From: an uncultured Actinomycetota bacterium
Lineage (GTDB): Bacteria > Actinomycetota > Actinomycetes > Mycobacteriales > Micromonosporaceae
Direction of reading: 5' to 3'
NCBI GenBank assembly: GCA_963794685.1
Contig: CAWCFK010000013.1
Span: 139,678-203,677, forward strand
DNA: 64,000 nt
Made by a program: the position numbers and the translations under genes. The notes below the pieces were generated by a model. The model had not been told where the DNA came from and ran no database searches. It worked only from the letters and a program-made list of their open reading frames with translations. This document shows, piece by piece, positions 55,595 through 64,000 of this stretch (its first letter is position 1; every line of letters begins with the position of its first letter).

Positions 55595-57050
55595 ATGACG
55601 CTCTCCTCCCTGCACCCCCGCAGCCCGGTGCGCCGCCGGGCACGGACCGCGCTGGCGCTGGCTGCCGTCGGGCTGACCGCGGCGGTGACGGCCGTGGTGC
55701 TCTCCGCGCCCGACGCGCACGCCGCCACCATCGACACCAGCGCGTACTACCAGGTGATCTCACGCCTGAGCGGCAAGGCGCTCGCGGTGACCGGCGCGTC
55801 CACCGCCAACAACGCGCAGATCGTCCAGTACCCGGCGGACAGCACGAAGCCCGAGCAGCAGTGGCAGTTCGTCGACTCGGGCGGCGGGTACTACCGGCTG
55901 AAGGCCCGGCACAGCGCCAAGGTGGTGGACATCTCCGCGCGCAGCACCGCCGACGGCGCCACGGTCATCCAGTACACCGACAACAACGCGACCAACCAGC
56001 AGTTCGCGGTGCTCGACACCGACTCCGGCTACCTGAAGCTGGTCAACCGCAACAGCGGCAAGGCGCTGGACGTGTGGGGCCGGTCCACCGCCGACGGTGC
56101 GGTCATCTCGCAGTACACCGACAACGGCGGCACCAACCAGCAGTGGCGACTGGTCAGAGTCGCCACCAGCACCCCACCGCCCGGTAACCACAACCCGGCA
56201 CTGCCCGGTTACCACGCCGATCCGCAGATCCGCTACCTGGCCGGCCAGTACTGGATCTACCCGACCACCGACGGGTACGACAACTGGGGCGCCACCAGCT
56301 TCCAGGCGTGGTCCTCCCCCGACCTGGTCAGCTGGACCAGCCAGGGCGTGGCGCTGGACCTGGCGAACGTGAGTTGGTGCCACACCAAGGCCTGGGCACC
56401 CACGATCACCTACCGGGACGGCAGCTACTGGTTCTACTTCGCCGCCTGCCAGCAGATCGGCGTGGCGAAGTCGGCCAGTCCGGCCGGCCCGTTCGTCGAC
56501 GCCCTGGGTCACCCGCTGGTCAGCACCAGCGCCTACGGCGAGCAGGAGATCGACCCGGACGTCTTCGTCGACGACGACGGGACCGCCTACCTGTACTTCG
56601 GCTCCGGCAATGCCGAGGTCGCCAAGTTGTCGGCCAGCATGACGGCGCTGGCCACCACGCCCACCCGGATTACCCCGGCCAGCTACCGGGAGGCGCCCAA
56701 CGTCTTCAAGCGCAACGGCACCTACTATCCTGATGTACTCGGAGAACGACACCCGCGATGTCGACTACCGGGTGGACTACGCCACCGCCCGCTCGCCCCT
56801 CGGGCCGTTCACCAAGGCCGCCAACTCCCCGGTGCTGGCCAAGGACACCAACGCGGGCATCCTCGGCACCGGGCACAGTTCGGTGGTCCAGGTTCCCGGG
56901 CGCGACGAGTGGTACATCGCCTACCATCGGTTCCACATCCCGGGCGGCGACGGCACCCACCGGGAGGTGTGCATCGACCGGATGACGTTCGCCACCGATG
57001 GGTCCATCAACAAGATCGTACCGACCCTGGCCGGCATCGGCGCGGTGTAG
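55595..57050 (+). pseudogene. secreted N-terminal ricin-B/CBM13 + GH43 glycoside hydrolase, with one +1 frame break
   Basis: ATG 55595 after GGAG. Signal peptide. CBM13 repeats (EQQWQF, NQQFAV, NQQWRL). GH43 motifs GYHADPQI, WAPTITYRDGSYWFYF, EIDPDVFVDDDGTAYLYFG, REAPNVFKRNGTYY. The frame switches near 56729 and continues LMYSENDTRDVDYRVDYATARSPLGPFT... Confidence 0.82.
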
Positions 57051-57469
57051 CGGGTGGACGCCCGGGCGTCCACCCGTCGGCCCCCACGCTGCCGTAACGC
57101 CTGCGGAGGGGCATGCTTGCGGCATGACATCTTATGACGGTCCGGCGGTGGTGACGCTCACCGACAGCCCAGGTTTCGAGGCGGAGGTCAGTCTCCACGA
57201 CCTGCCGTGGGACGACGACCGGGTGGGCAGCGTCCGATGGCTCGGCACCATGGTGGTCACGCCTCCGGACAGCGTCCGGGACAGCGTCGGTGCGGCGGTG
57301 GCGCTGCACCTGGGCAGCGGCGCCCGGGCGGAGGCGGTGATCAGCGCCGTGTCGGCGGCCGAGGACGTCGAGGCGGTCGAGCTGGTCGGGATCGGCGGCT
57401 CACCGTTCGTGTGACAGTGCGGTGGGACCGCCCGGCCGGCAGCTGCGGGCCGGGCGGTCCCACGTTCGG

Positions 57470-58151
57470 CTACCCCAGGTCGACGTGGAAGATCCGCTCG
57501 TTGCTGTTGTTCGGGATACTGTCCTTGTCGCCCATGGTGCTGGTGGTCAACCAGAGACCGCCGTCCGGGCGCCGGCTCCACGGTGCGCAGCCGGCCGTAC
57601 GTGCCGACGAAGAACTGCTGCACGGAGGTGAGGCTGGCGCCGCTGATCACCTCACGGTAGAGCCGGGTCCCCCGCTCGCAGGCCACGTAGAGCACGTCCC
57701 GGACGATTGCGATGCCACTGCAGGAGCCCTCGGCCGCCGGGTAGGTATGCTTCGGCGCGATATACCCCGCGGTACCGCAGGTACCGGTGGTGCCCTCACA
57801 GTCGGGCCAGCCGTAGTTGCCGCCCTTCTGGATGAGGTCGGTCTCGTCCATCACCGAGTTGCCGAACTCCTGCTCCCACAGCCGGCCCTGGGAGTCGAAG
57901 GCCAGCCCCTGCGGGTTGCGGTGCCCGTAGCTCCACACGTAATTGCCGAACGGATTGTCGCTGGGCACCGAGCCGTCCGGGTTCAACCGCAGGATCTTGC
58001 CGTTGAGGTTGGCCGTGTCCTGGGCGTTCGCGCCGTTCTGGGCGTCGCCGGTGCTGGCGTAGAGCTTGCCGTCCGGGCCGAAGCGCAGCCGACCGCCGTT
58101 GTGGTACTGGAATTCATTAAGATCTAGTGACCTGTGCGGCATTCTGATCAA
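57470..58151 (-). pseudogene. PQQ-dependent sugar dehydrogenase (sGDH/YliI-like), 5'-truncated, with one +1 frame break
   Basis: Begins only at ...FQYHNGGRLRFGPDGKLYASTGD, so the N-terminal roughly 150 aa of the family are absent. Motifs SYGHRNPQGLAFD and GGNYGWP. After GRLRTVEPAP the tail DGGLWLTTSTMGDKDSIPNNSNERIFHVDLG-stop is in the next frame (extra C near 57566). Confidence 0.75.
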
Positions 58152-58334
58152 TTGCCGGGTCGCCGACGGCGATCCCCCGACCGGCTGCGTCGCCCGAACG
58201 GCGCAGCACGATCCGGGGTCGCGACCCTCGACAGTCGGTGCAGGCGCCCCGGCCCGCGCCCTGCGGCCGCTTGGCCGAAAGAGGATCGGGGCAACGATCT
58301 TCTATTGACCTGTGTCAATCACGCAGCTATCGGG

Positions 58335-61300
58335 TCACCGGTCCGCCGGACTCTCCTGGCGACCGGCGATGGCGGGATGGTGGACCATGGCCGCCCACAG
58401 GTCGGCGTAGCGGCCACCGAGCGCGAGCAACTCCTCGTGGGTGCCGTCCTCGGCGATCAGCCCGTTGTCCACGACCAGGATGCGGTGCGAGGCGCGGGCG
58501 GTCTGCAGCCGGTGGGCGATGAGCAGCGTGGTACGGCCACTGGCCACCAGCCCCATCGCCTTCTGCACCCGGGCCTCGGTGGCCAGGTCGAGGTTCGCGG
58601 TGGCCTCGTCGAGCAGCAGGATGGCCGGGTTCACCAGCAGCGCGCGGGCCAAGCTGAGCAGCTGCCGCTGGCCCGCCGACAGCGACCGGCCCTGCTCGCT
58701 GACCGCAGTCAGGTAGCCGTGCTGCAGTCCGGCGATGAACTGGTGCGCGCCGACCGCCCGGGCGGCGCGCTCGACCTCCAGGTCAGTGGCCGACGGAAGG
58801 CCGTAGGCGATGTTGGACCGGATGGTTCCGGAGAAGAGGAACGGCTCCTGCGGCACGAAGCCCAGCTGGTGGCGGTACGCCGCGAGATCCAGGTCGAGTA
58901 GCGCGATGCCGTCGATGCGTACCGTGCCGGAGCTGGTGTCGTAGAACCGGGCCACGAGTTTGACCAGCGTGGACTTGCCCGCACCAGTGGTACCCACCAG
59001 GGCAACCACCTGGCCGGGCGGGATGGACAGGCTGACGTCGTCCATCGCGACCAGACCGGTGCTCTCGTAGGCGAAGGTCACCCGGTTGAGGGTGATCTCC
59101 CCGCGCAGTCGCCCGGGGACAACCGGCTGCGCCGCGTCCGGCGTCGCGGTCGGCGTCTGCATCAGTTCGCGCAGCTGCGTGACGGCCACCGTGGCCTGCA
59201 GCCACTGATCGAACACCGTGGACAGCTGCTGGATCGGGGTGAAGAACTGGTCGAGGTAGAGCAGGAAGGCGATCAGCAGGCCGGTGGTGAGATGCCCGTC
59301 CACGATCCGCTGTGCGCCGACGACCAGGGTGATTCCCTTGGCCACGGTGCTGAGCAGTTGCAGGAGCGGGAAGAACCGGGCCTGCAACTCGAAGGAGCGC
59401 GACCGCGCCGTGCAGTACGCCTCGGCCAGCGCGGCGAACTTGGCTTCATTGGCCGGCTGCTGGCTGTACGCCTGGCTGACCGCGACGCCCGCCAGGCTCT
59501 CCTGCATGTCGGCGTAGAGCAGCGAGATCCGGTGCCGGGCCAGCAGGTAGGTCTTCGTGGACGCCCGCTGGAACGCCCACGTCGCCAGCACCAGCGGGAT
59601 CAGCAGAGCGGAGACCGCCAGCGCCAGGGCGGGGCTGAACACGGTCAGGATGACGGCGATCCCGACGCAGGTCAGCAGGCTGACCATGGCGGTGAGCAGT
59701 CCCTGCTGCAACAGCTGTGCGAAGGCCTCGATGTCCGAGGTCATCCGGGTCATGATCTTGCCGGCCTGGTACTGCTCGTAGTAGTTCAGAGCCAGCCGCA
59801 TGAGGTGCGCGAAGGTGCGTACCCGTAGACCGAACAGCATCCGTTCGGCGGTGCGCTGGATGAAGAACCGCATCACCCGTGCGTTCGCCCAGGACAGCGC
59901 CTGGATCAGCAGCAGGATGACGCAGACCAGGGCGAGGATCCGCTGCGACTGCCGCAGCACCCCGTGGTCGACGCCGAACCGGATCAGCGTGGGGGTGGCC
60001 AGGCTGGTGAGCGCGTCGACCACGACCAGCGCCAGGGCCAGCAGCAGCGGACGGGCGAACGGCCGGAGCACCTTGCGCATGCTGAAGTCGGCGACCGGGA
60101 CCATCGCCTCGACCAGGTCGATCTGCGGGTCACCGGACAGCGGTGGAAGCCGCTCCACGTCGGCGAGCAGCTCGGAATTGGCGCTGGTCAGCGCGGCCAG
60201 CCGGGACACGTCGCCCATCGGGCCGCCGACCGGTCCGACCGCCCGCACCGCCGCCTCGCTGCCGTGGCTGCTCACCTTCGGCGCGCCCAGCCGGGACACG
60301 TCCGCCGGCCAGGCCGACGGGTCGATGGCCGCGACCGGCTCACCGGGCGGCGCGAGGTCCTCCGCGTCCGGCCCGGTCAGCAGCTCACGGAACAGCTCCG
60401 AGCGGTCGAGCAGCTCCTCGGTGGTGCCCTGGTCGACGATCCGCCCGTCGTCGAGCACGATCACCCGGTCGGCCAGCTGCAGCGTGGAGTAGCGCTTGGC
60501 GACCAGGATGGTGGTCCGCTGTGCCAGCACGTCCTCCAGGGAGCGGTGGATGGCGTGCTCGGTGCGGGCGTCGATGGCCGACGTGGCGTCGTCCAGGACC
60601 AGTACCCGGGGGTTCGTCAGGGCCGCGCGGGCCAGGGCGATGCGCTGCCGCTGCCCGCCGGAGAGGGTGTAGCCGCGCTCCCCCACCAGGGTCTGGTAAC
60701 CCTCGGGCAGGCCGGCGATGAAGCCGTGCGCTTGTGCCGCGACAGCGGCGCGCTCCACCTCGTCGTCGGTGGCCGCCGGCCGCCCGAACGCGACGTTGTC
60801 GCGGATCGTGGTGGAGAACAGGAATCCCTCCTCGAACACGATGCCGACCGCCGCGCGCAGCGAGGACTGCGTGTAGCCGCGCACGTCCCGCCCGTCGACC
60901 CGGACGACGCCGGAGGTGGGATCGTGGAACCGGGCCAGCAGCAGGGCCAGGGTGGACTTCCCCGAGCCGGAGGCGCCGACGATGGCGATCCGTTCGCCCG
61001 GTTCGATGCGCAGGCAGATGTCGCGCAGCACGGGCTTTCCGCCACGGTGGGCGAAGTCCACATGGTCGAGTTCGATCAGGCCGGTCGGGTCGGCGAGGGC
61101 CACCGCGTCCGGTCGATCCCGCACCAGCGGTTCGGTGGAGAGCAGCTCGACGATCCGGGTGGCACCGGCCCGGGCCTGCTGGCTGGTCGTCAGGATGCTG
61201 GACAGGAACCGCACCGGGGTGACCAGCTGCAGCACGTAGCTGGAGAAGGCCAGGAACACGCCCAGTGTCACGTCGCCGCGCATCACCAACCAGCCGCCGA

Positions 61301-62081
61301 AGGCGAGGACGGCCAGCTGCGTCAGGCCGGGGATCACGTCGAGGGAGGCGCCGAAGGCCGCGGTGATCCGGGCGCTGCGCAGCCGGGACTGGAACAGCCG
61401 GCGCGACTCCAGGTTCAGCATCTGCTGCTCCTGCGCCTCCTGGCCGAACGCCTTGACCACCCGTACGCCGGTGACGGCCTCCTCGACCACCCCGGCCACC
61501 GAGCCCTTGTAGAGCTGATCGGTCCAGCTGGCCGGGAAGGAGCGGGTGCGGAAACGCAGTGCGACGAGGAAGAACACCGGCACGGAGACGACCATCACCA
61601 GCGCCAGCAGCGGCGAGAGCAGGAGCATACCGACGAGGGCGACCAGCAGCAGGGTGATGTTGCCGTACGCGATGCCCAGCTGCTGCACGAACATCTGGAT
61701 GACGGTCAGGTCGGAGGTGGCCCGGGACATGATGTCGCCGGACCGGAACTCGTCCCGCCGCGACGCGTCCAGGTACTGCATGTGGTGGTGGACGGCCTTC
61801 TGCAGGTCGCGTTGGCTGCGGGCGGCGGCCCGGCCGCCGACCGAGCGGCGCAGCCAGTTGCCGACGAAGCTCACCACCCCGGCGGCCAGCAGGATGCCGA
61901 CCCACAGCCCCAGCGAACGCCGCTTGGACAGGATCGTGTCGTCGAGAATCACCTGCTGTATCAGCGGCATGGTGCCCAGCACTGCCTGTGCGATCACCGC
62001 CAGTACCAGACCCAGGCGGATCAGCCGACGGTTGCGGCCCAGCAGCGGGCTGAGCATCCGCAACGTTCCCACCCGTTTCAT
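58335..62081 (-). CDS. fused ABC exporter, TMD-NBD-TMD-NBD in one polypeptide (about 1248 aa)
   Basis: Two complete halves. Walker [10 protein letters not shown] and GTTGAGKST. Signatures LSGGQRQR and LSAGQRQL. Walker B LVLDDATS and LLLDEATA. Start set at ATG 62081 ([14 protein letters not shown]...). The ORF-track extension to 62288 has poor codon bias. Confidence 0.88.
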   Translation of the reverse strand: MKRVGTLRMLSPLLGRNRRLIRLGLVLAVIAQAVLGTMPLIQQVILDDTILSKRRSLGLWVGILLAAGVVSFVGNWLRRSVGGRAAARSQRDLQKAVHHHMQYLDASRRDEFRSGDIMSRATSDLTVIQMFVQQLGIAYGNITLLLVALVGMLLLSPLLALVMVVSVPVFFLVALRFRTRSFPASWTDQLYKGSVAGVVEEAVTGVRVVKAFGQEAQEQQMLNLESRRLFQSRLRSARITAAFGASLDVIPGLTQLAVLAFGGWLVMRGDVTLGVFLAFSSYVLQLVTPVRFLSSILTTSQQARAGATRIVELLSTEPLVRDRPDAVALADPTGLIELDHVDFAHRGGKPVLRDICLRIEPGERIAIVGASGSGKSTLALLLARFHDPTSGVVRVDGRDVRGYTQSSLRAAVGIVFEEGFLFSTTIRDNVAFGRPAATDDEVERAAVAAQAHGFIAGLPEGYQTLVGERGYTLSGGQRQRIALARAALTNPRVLVLDDATSAIDARTEHAIHRSLEDVLAQRTTILVAKRYSTLQLADRVIVLDDGRIVDQGTTEELLDRSELFRELLTGPDAEDLAPPGEPVAAIDPSAWPADVSRLGAPKVSSHGSEAAVRAVGPVGGPMGDVSRLAALTSANSELLADVERLPPLSGDPQIDLVEAMVPVADFSMRKVLRPFARPLLLALALVVVDALTSLATPTLIRFGVDHGVLRQSQRILALVCVILLLIQALSWANARVMRFFIQRTAERMLFGLRVRTFAHLMRLALNYYEQYQAGKIMTRMTSDIEAFAQLLQQGLLTAMVSLLTCVGIAVILTVFSPALALAVSALLIPLVLATWAFQRASTKTYLLARHRISLLYADMQESLAGVAVSQAYSQQPANEAKFAALAEAYCTARSRSFELQARFFPLLQLLSTVAKGITLVVGAQRIVDGHLTTGLLIAFLLYLDQFFTPIQQLSTVFDQWLQATVAVTQLRELMQTPTATPDAAQPVVPGRLRGEITLNRVTFAYESTGLVAMDDVSLSIPPGQVVALVGTTGAGKSTLVKLVARFYDTSSGTVRIDGIALLDLDLAAYRHQLGFVPQEPFLFSGTIRSNIAYGLPSATDLEVERAARAVGAHQFIAGLQHGYLTAVSEQGRSLSAGQRQLLSLARALLVNPAILLLDEATANLDLATEARVQKAMGLVASGRTTLLIAHRLQTARASHRILVVDNGLIAEDGTHEELLALGGRYADLWAAMVHHPAIAGRQESPADR

Positions 62082-62907
62082 GGGCGCCTTCACCGCCGAG
62101 CCAGGCCCCTGGGAGAACCGACGACAGCTCTGCTGGAAATTGAGCTGACCGTCGCGGCACTCCGCGCCACCGGTATCGCCCAACGGATCCGGACGGGCAC
62201 CACGACGCACATTTTCATGACGGACGACCTCCTTGTGCCAATGCCCGGACAGCCAACGCAGAGCCACCAATGCCCGACAACGGGACATCGGCTACCACGG
62301 CGGTTGGCCCGAAGCACAACTCGCGATGGCGCTGAGTCAAGTTGGTCGACGTTTCGCCGCAACATCCCGGCCGTCAACGCGCCGTTGCGCCGTCACGCGC
62401 AGCCGCCCTGCCTGTGCTGATCAGCGCACACGGATTCGTACACCGTGATTGCGCGCTGATTCGTGGGCGGCCCGGGGCCGCTTTGGCGGTGCCACACCGG
62501 GCGTCGCTGTCGCACATCGTGGCGTTCGGAACAGCGGGCGCGCGTACCGGCTGTCGCCACGTGCCGCGCAGGACCGGAAATTGTCGGCTTGTCGGGTCGC
62601 CACGGGTCGGCCACCCGATACGTGCACCCTCCGTGTCAGGCGTGCGACGCTACTGCCGCAGCAGGCGGATGCACTGTGCAGTGTGGTGTTTCGCACACGT
62701 GACTTCGGTAAACTCTGGCCCACGGGCTGTTCGCCGGTGCGGAACCATTCCATACTTTCCCCATGTTCCAACCAAGCGACCAGACAACACTGACGCGGGC
62801 GGTCCGGGCCTCCCGCGGTTCGCGTCCACGGCGTGCCACGACAGCCTCTCGGGGCGGTCCTGGCCACCGTGTCCTCGTTGCACGACAACAGCATTGGGGG
62901 CACGAAG

Positions 62908-63699
62908 ATGACCACAACAACCGGGAACTCAGGCGCGAAGCGCTTCGTTAACCGACGACACACGGTTCCCGACGGCTACCGCGACGGCTCCGGCCGGCGC
63001 GTCTACGACCTGCTGCGCATGCGGATCCGCCTCGGCGAGGTGGCGCCGAACGAGCTGTTCGTGGAGAACGCCCTGATCCGCTCGCTGTCCGCCACCCGCA
63101 GCGCCGTGCGCCGTGCCCTGCAAGGGCTGGCCGACGAGGGTCTGCTGGACCGCAGTCCACGCTCCGGCACCCGACTGCGCGGGCACATCGTCAACACCCC
63201 GCTACTGAGCGAAATGCGATCCCGGCTGGCCGACGACGACGCGGCTGACGGATCCGACCAACGGTTGGTGGTCAGTCTCGTCCACCGCGGAGTCGCCACC
63301 CCGACCGAGGCCGTCACCTCACGTCTGCAACTGCCGGCCGGGACGCCCGTGGTGGCCGTCGAGCAGATTCTGCACCTGGGCAGCGAGCCCGTCGGCGTCC
63401 GCTCGGCGTACTTCTCGCTGGAGCCCCACCCTGAGCGGGTACTCAAGTATTTCGCCGTCACCGACTACCACCCGCTGCCCCGACCGGAGTTCTTCGAGCA
63501 GGTATACGGCGTACCGGCCGGCAGGTCGGAGTTCACCATCGAGGCGGTCCCCAGCCTGCGCGGTGACCACGACGTCCTCGGCGTGGCGCCCGGCGCACCG
63601 CTGCTGATGCGGACGGTGCGCAGCCTGGACGTCAACGGTTGCCCGCGCTGGCTCTCCTTCACCCACATGCGGGGTGACCGGGTCGCGCTGTGCGGGTGA
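62908..63699 (+). CDS. GntR-family regulator, HutC subfamily (UTRA domain)
   Basis: Sequence RVYDLLRMRIRLGEVAPNELFVENALIRSLSATRSAVRRALQGLADEGLLDR plus a UTRA-like C-terminal domain. Start set at ATG 62908. Confidence 0.85.
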   Translation: MTTTTGNSGAKRFVNRRHTVPDGYRDGSGRRVYDLLRMRIRLGEVAPNELFVENALIRSLSATRSAVRRALQGLADEGLLDRSPRSGTRLRGHIVNTPLLSEMRSRLADDDAADGSDQRLVVSLVHRGVATPTEAVTSRLQLPAGTPVVAVEQILHLGSEPVGVRSAYFSLEPHPERVLKYFAVTDYHPLPRPEFFEQVYGVPAGRSEFTIEAVPSLRGDHDVLGVAPGAPLLMRTVRSLDVNGCPRWLSFTHMRGDRVALCG

Positions 63700-63783
63700 G
63701 CACAGCACCGAAGGGGTGGATTCCCGCAGCGGCTGGGAATCCACCCCTTCGGGACGGATCAGGTTCCCCTTCGGGCTGGTGCT

Positions 63784-64000
63784 TCAGGTGGTCGCCAGTT
63801 GCAGGCTCGGGGTGCTGGCCGGCGGGTGACGCCGGCCGGTGGCCGACTGGTAGTGGTGGGCCAAGCCGAGCAGTTCGGGTTCGCTGAACGGCAGGCCCAG
63901 AAACTCGATACCGACGGGGAGGCCGTTGCCGGCATACCCGGCGGGGACCACGACGGCCGGCAGCCCTGGGATGGAGCTGAGCACGTTGCCCCCAGCGGAG
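63784..64000 (-). CDS. amidase-signature family amidase, C-terminal end (5' part beyond the window end)
   Basis: Sequence ...SAGGNVLSSIPGLPAVVVPAGYAGNGLPVGIEFLGLPFSEPELLGLAHHYQSATGRR. The frame stays open to position 64000. Confidence 0.75.
   Translation of the reverse strand, partial: SAGGNVLSSIPGLPAVVVPAGYAGNGLPVGIEFLGLPFSEPELLGLAHHYQSATGRRHPPASTPSLQLATT

Noticed and set aside
58105-58150. Cluster of EcoRI, BglII and BclI sites plus stop triplets, which could suggest a cloning or engineering scar
   Set aside because: It is too short to match to any vector by eye. The stop triplets do not cover all three frames on either strand. AT-rich palindromes are expected by chance in any AT-rich patch. 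I kept it only as a natural truncation junction.
62090-62218. The 42-codon ORF upstream of the ABC exporter, considered as a RiPP or bacteriocin precursor with a dedicated exporter
   Set aside because: There is no modifying enzyme, protease domain or immunity gene nearby. The exporter lacks an N-terminal peptidase domain. The peptide has no leader or core features I recognise. Its codon bias is poor.

Overview
This is a GC-rich, actinomycete-type chromosomal segment. Third codon positions are almost all G/C, and long antisense shadow ORFs occur throughout.

Content from left to right:
- The 5' part of a GH27 alpha-galactosidase gene.
- folE and a broken ferredoxin-reductase-type gene.
- A tight minus-strand string: SRPBCC, ArsR, DUF2182, DUF899, DUF3500.
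- An FAD oxidase, a divergent GNAT/TetR pair, ROK, MerR and an ECF sigma factor.
- A 7-gene minus-strand sugar uptake and sugar-acid operon. It holds an ABC binding protein, 2 permeases, an enolase-superfamily dehydratase, a RhaM-type mutarotase, an aldo-keto reductase and a LarA-family enzyme. A FadR-type GntR regulator lies divergent to it.
- A block of secreted glycoside hydrolases that all carry a C-terminal ricin/CBM13 module (GH43, a clan GH-A enzyme, GH10, GH29, GH54), interleaved with two LacI regulators.
- A lower-GC islet with an XRE regulator.
- A second block of secreted enzymes that all carry a C-terminal CBM2: a cutinase/PETase-like hydrolase, a CE1-type esterase, a complete GH27 and, further on, a GH26.
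- HrpB helicase.
- One IS630-family element with perfect terminal inverted repeats.
- A GH10-like gene, GH26, LacI, a CBM13-GH43 gene and a truncated PQQ sugar dehydrogenase.
- A fused TMD-NBD-TMD-NBD ABC exporter.
- A HutC-type GntR and the 3' end of an amidase.

I recognised no rRNA, tRNA or CRISPR array by eye. I did not recognise a defence system, toxin system or secondary-metabolite cluster.

The observations most worth a second look:
1. About 19 single-base frame breaks, all behaving as +1 insertions, clustered in otherwise well-conserved genes. This is more likely an assembly artefact than real gene decay.
2. A roughly 99.5% identical 507-bp segment shared by two GH27 genes whose 5' ends and regulatory DNA are unrelated.
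3. A set of seven LacI-type operators, including a reused promoter/operator cassette.
4. A LarA (Ni-pincer) homologue embedded in a sugar-acid operon.
5. A natural cutinase-CBM2 fusion.
6. An IS630 inserted exactly in the TA of a stop codon.

All start codons were chosen by eye. Family calls rest on remembered motifs, not on searches.
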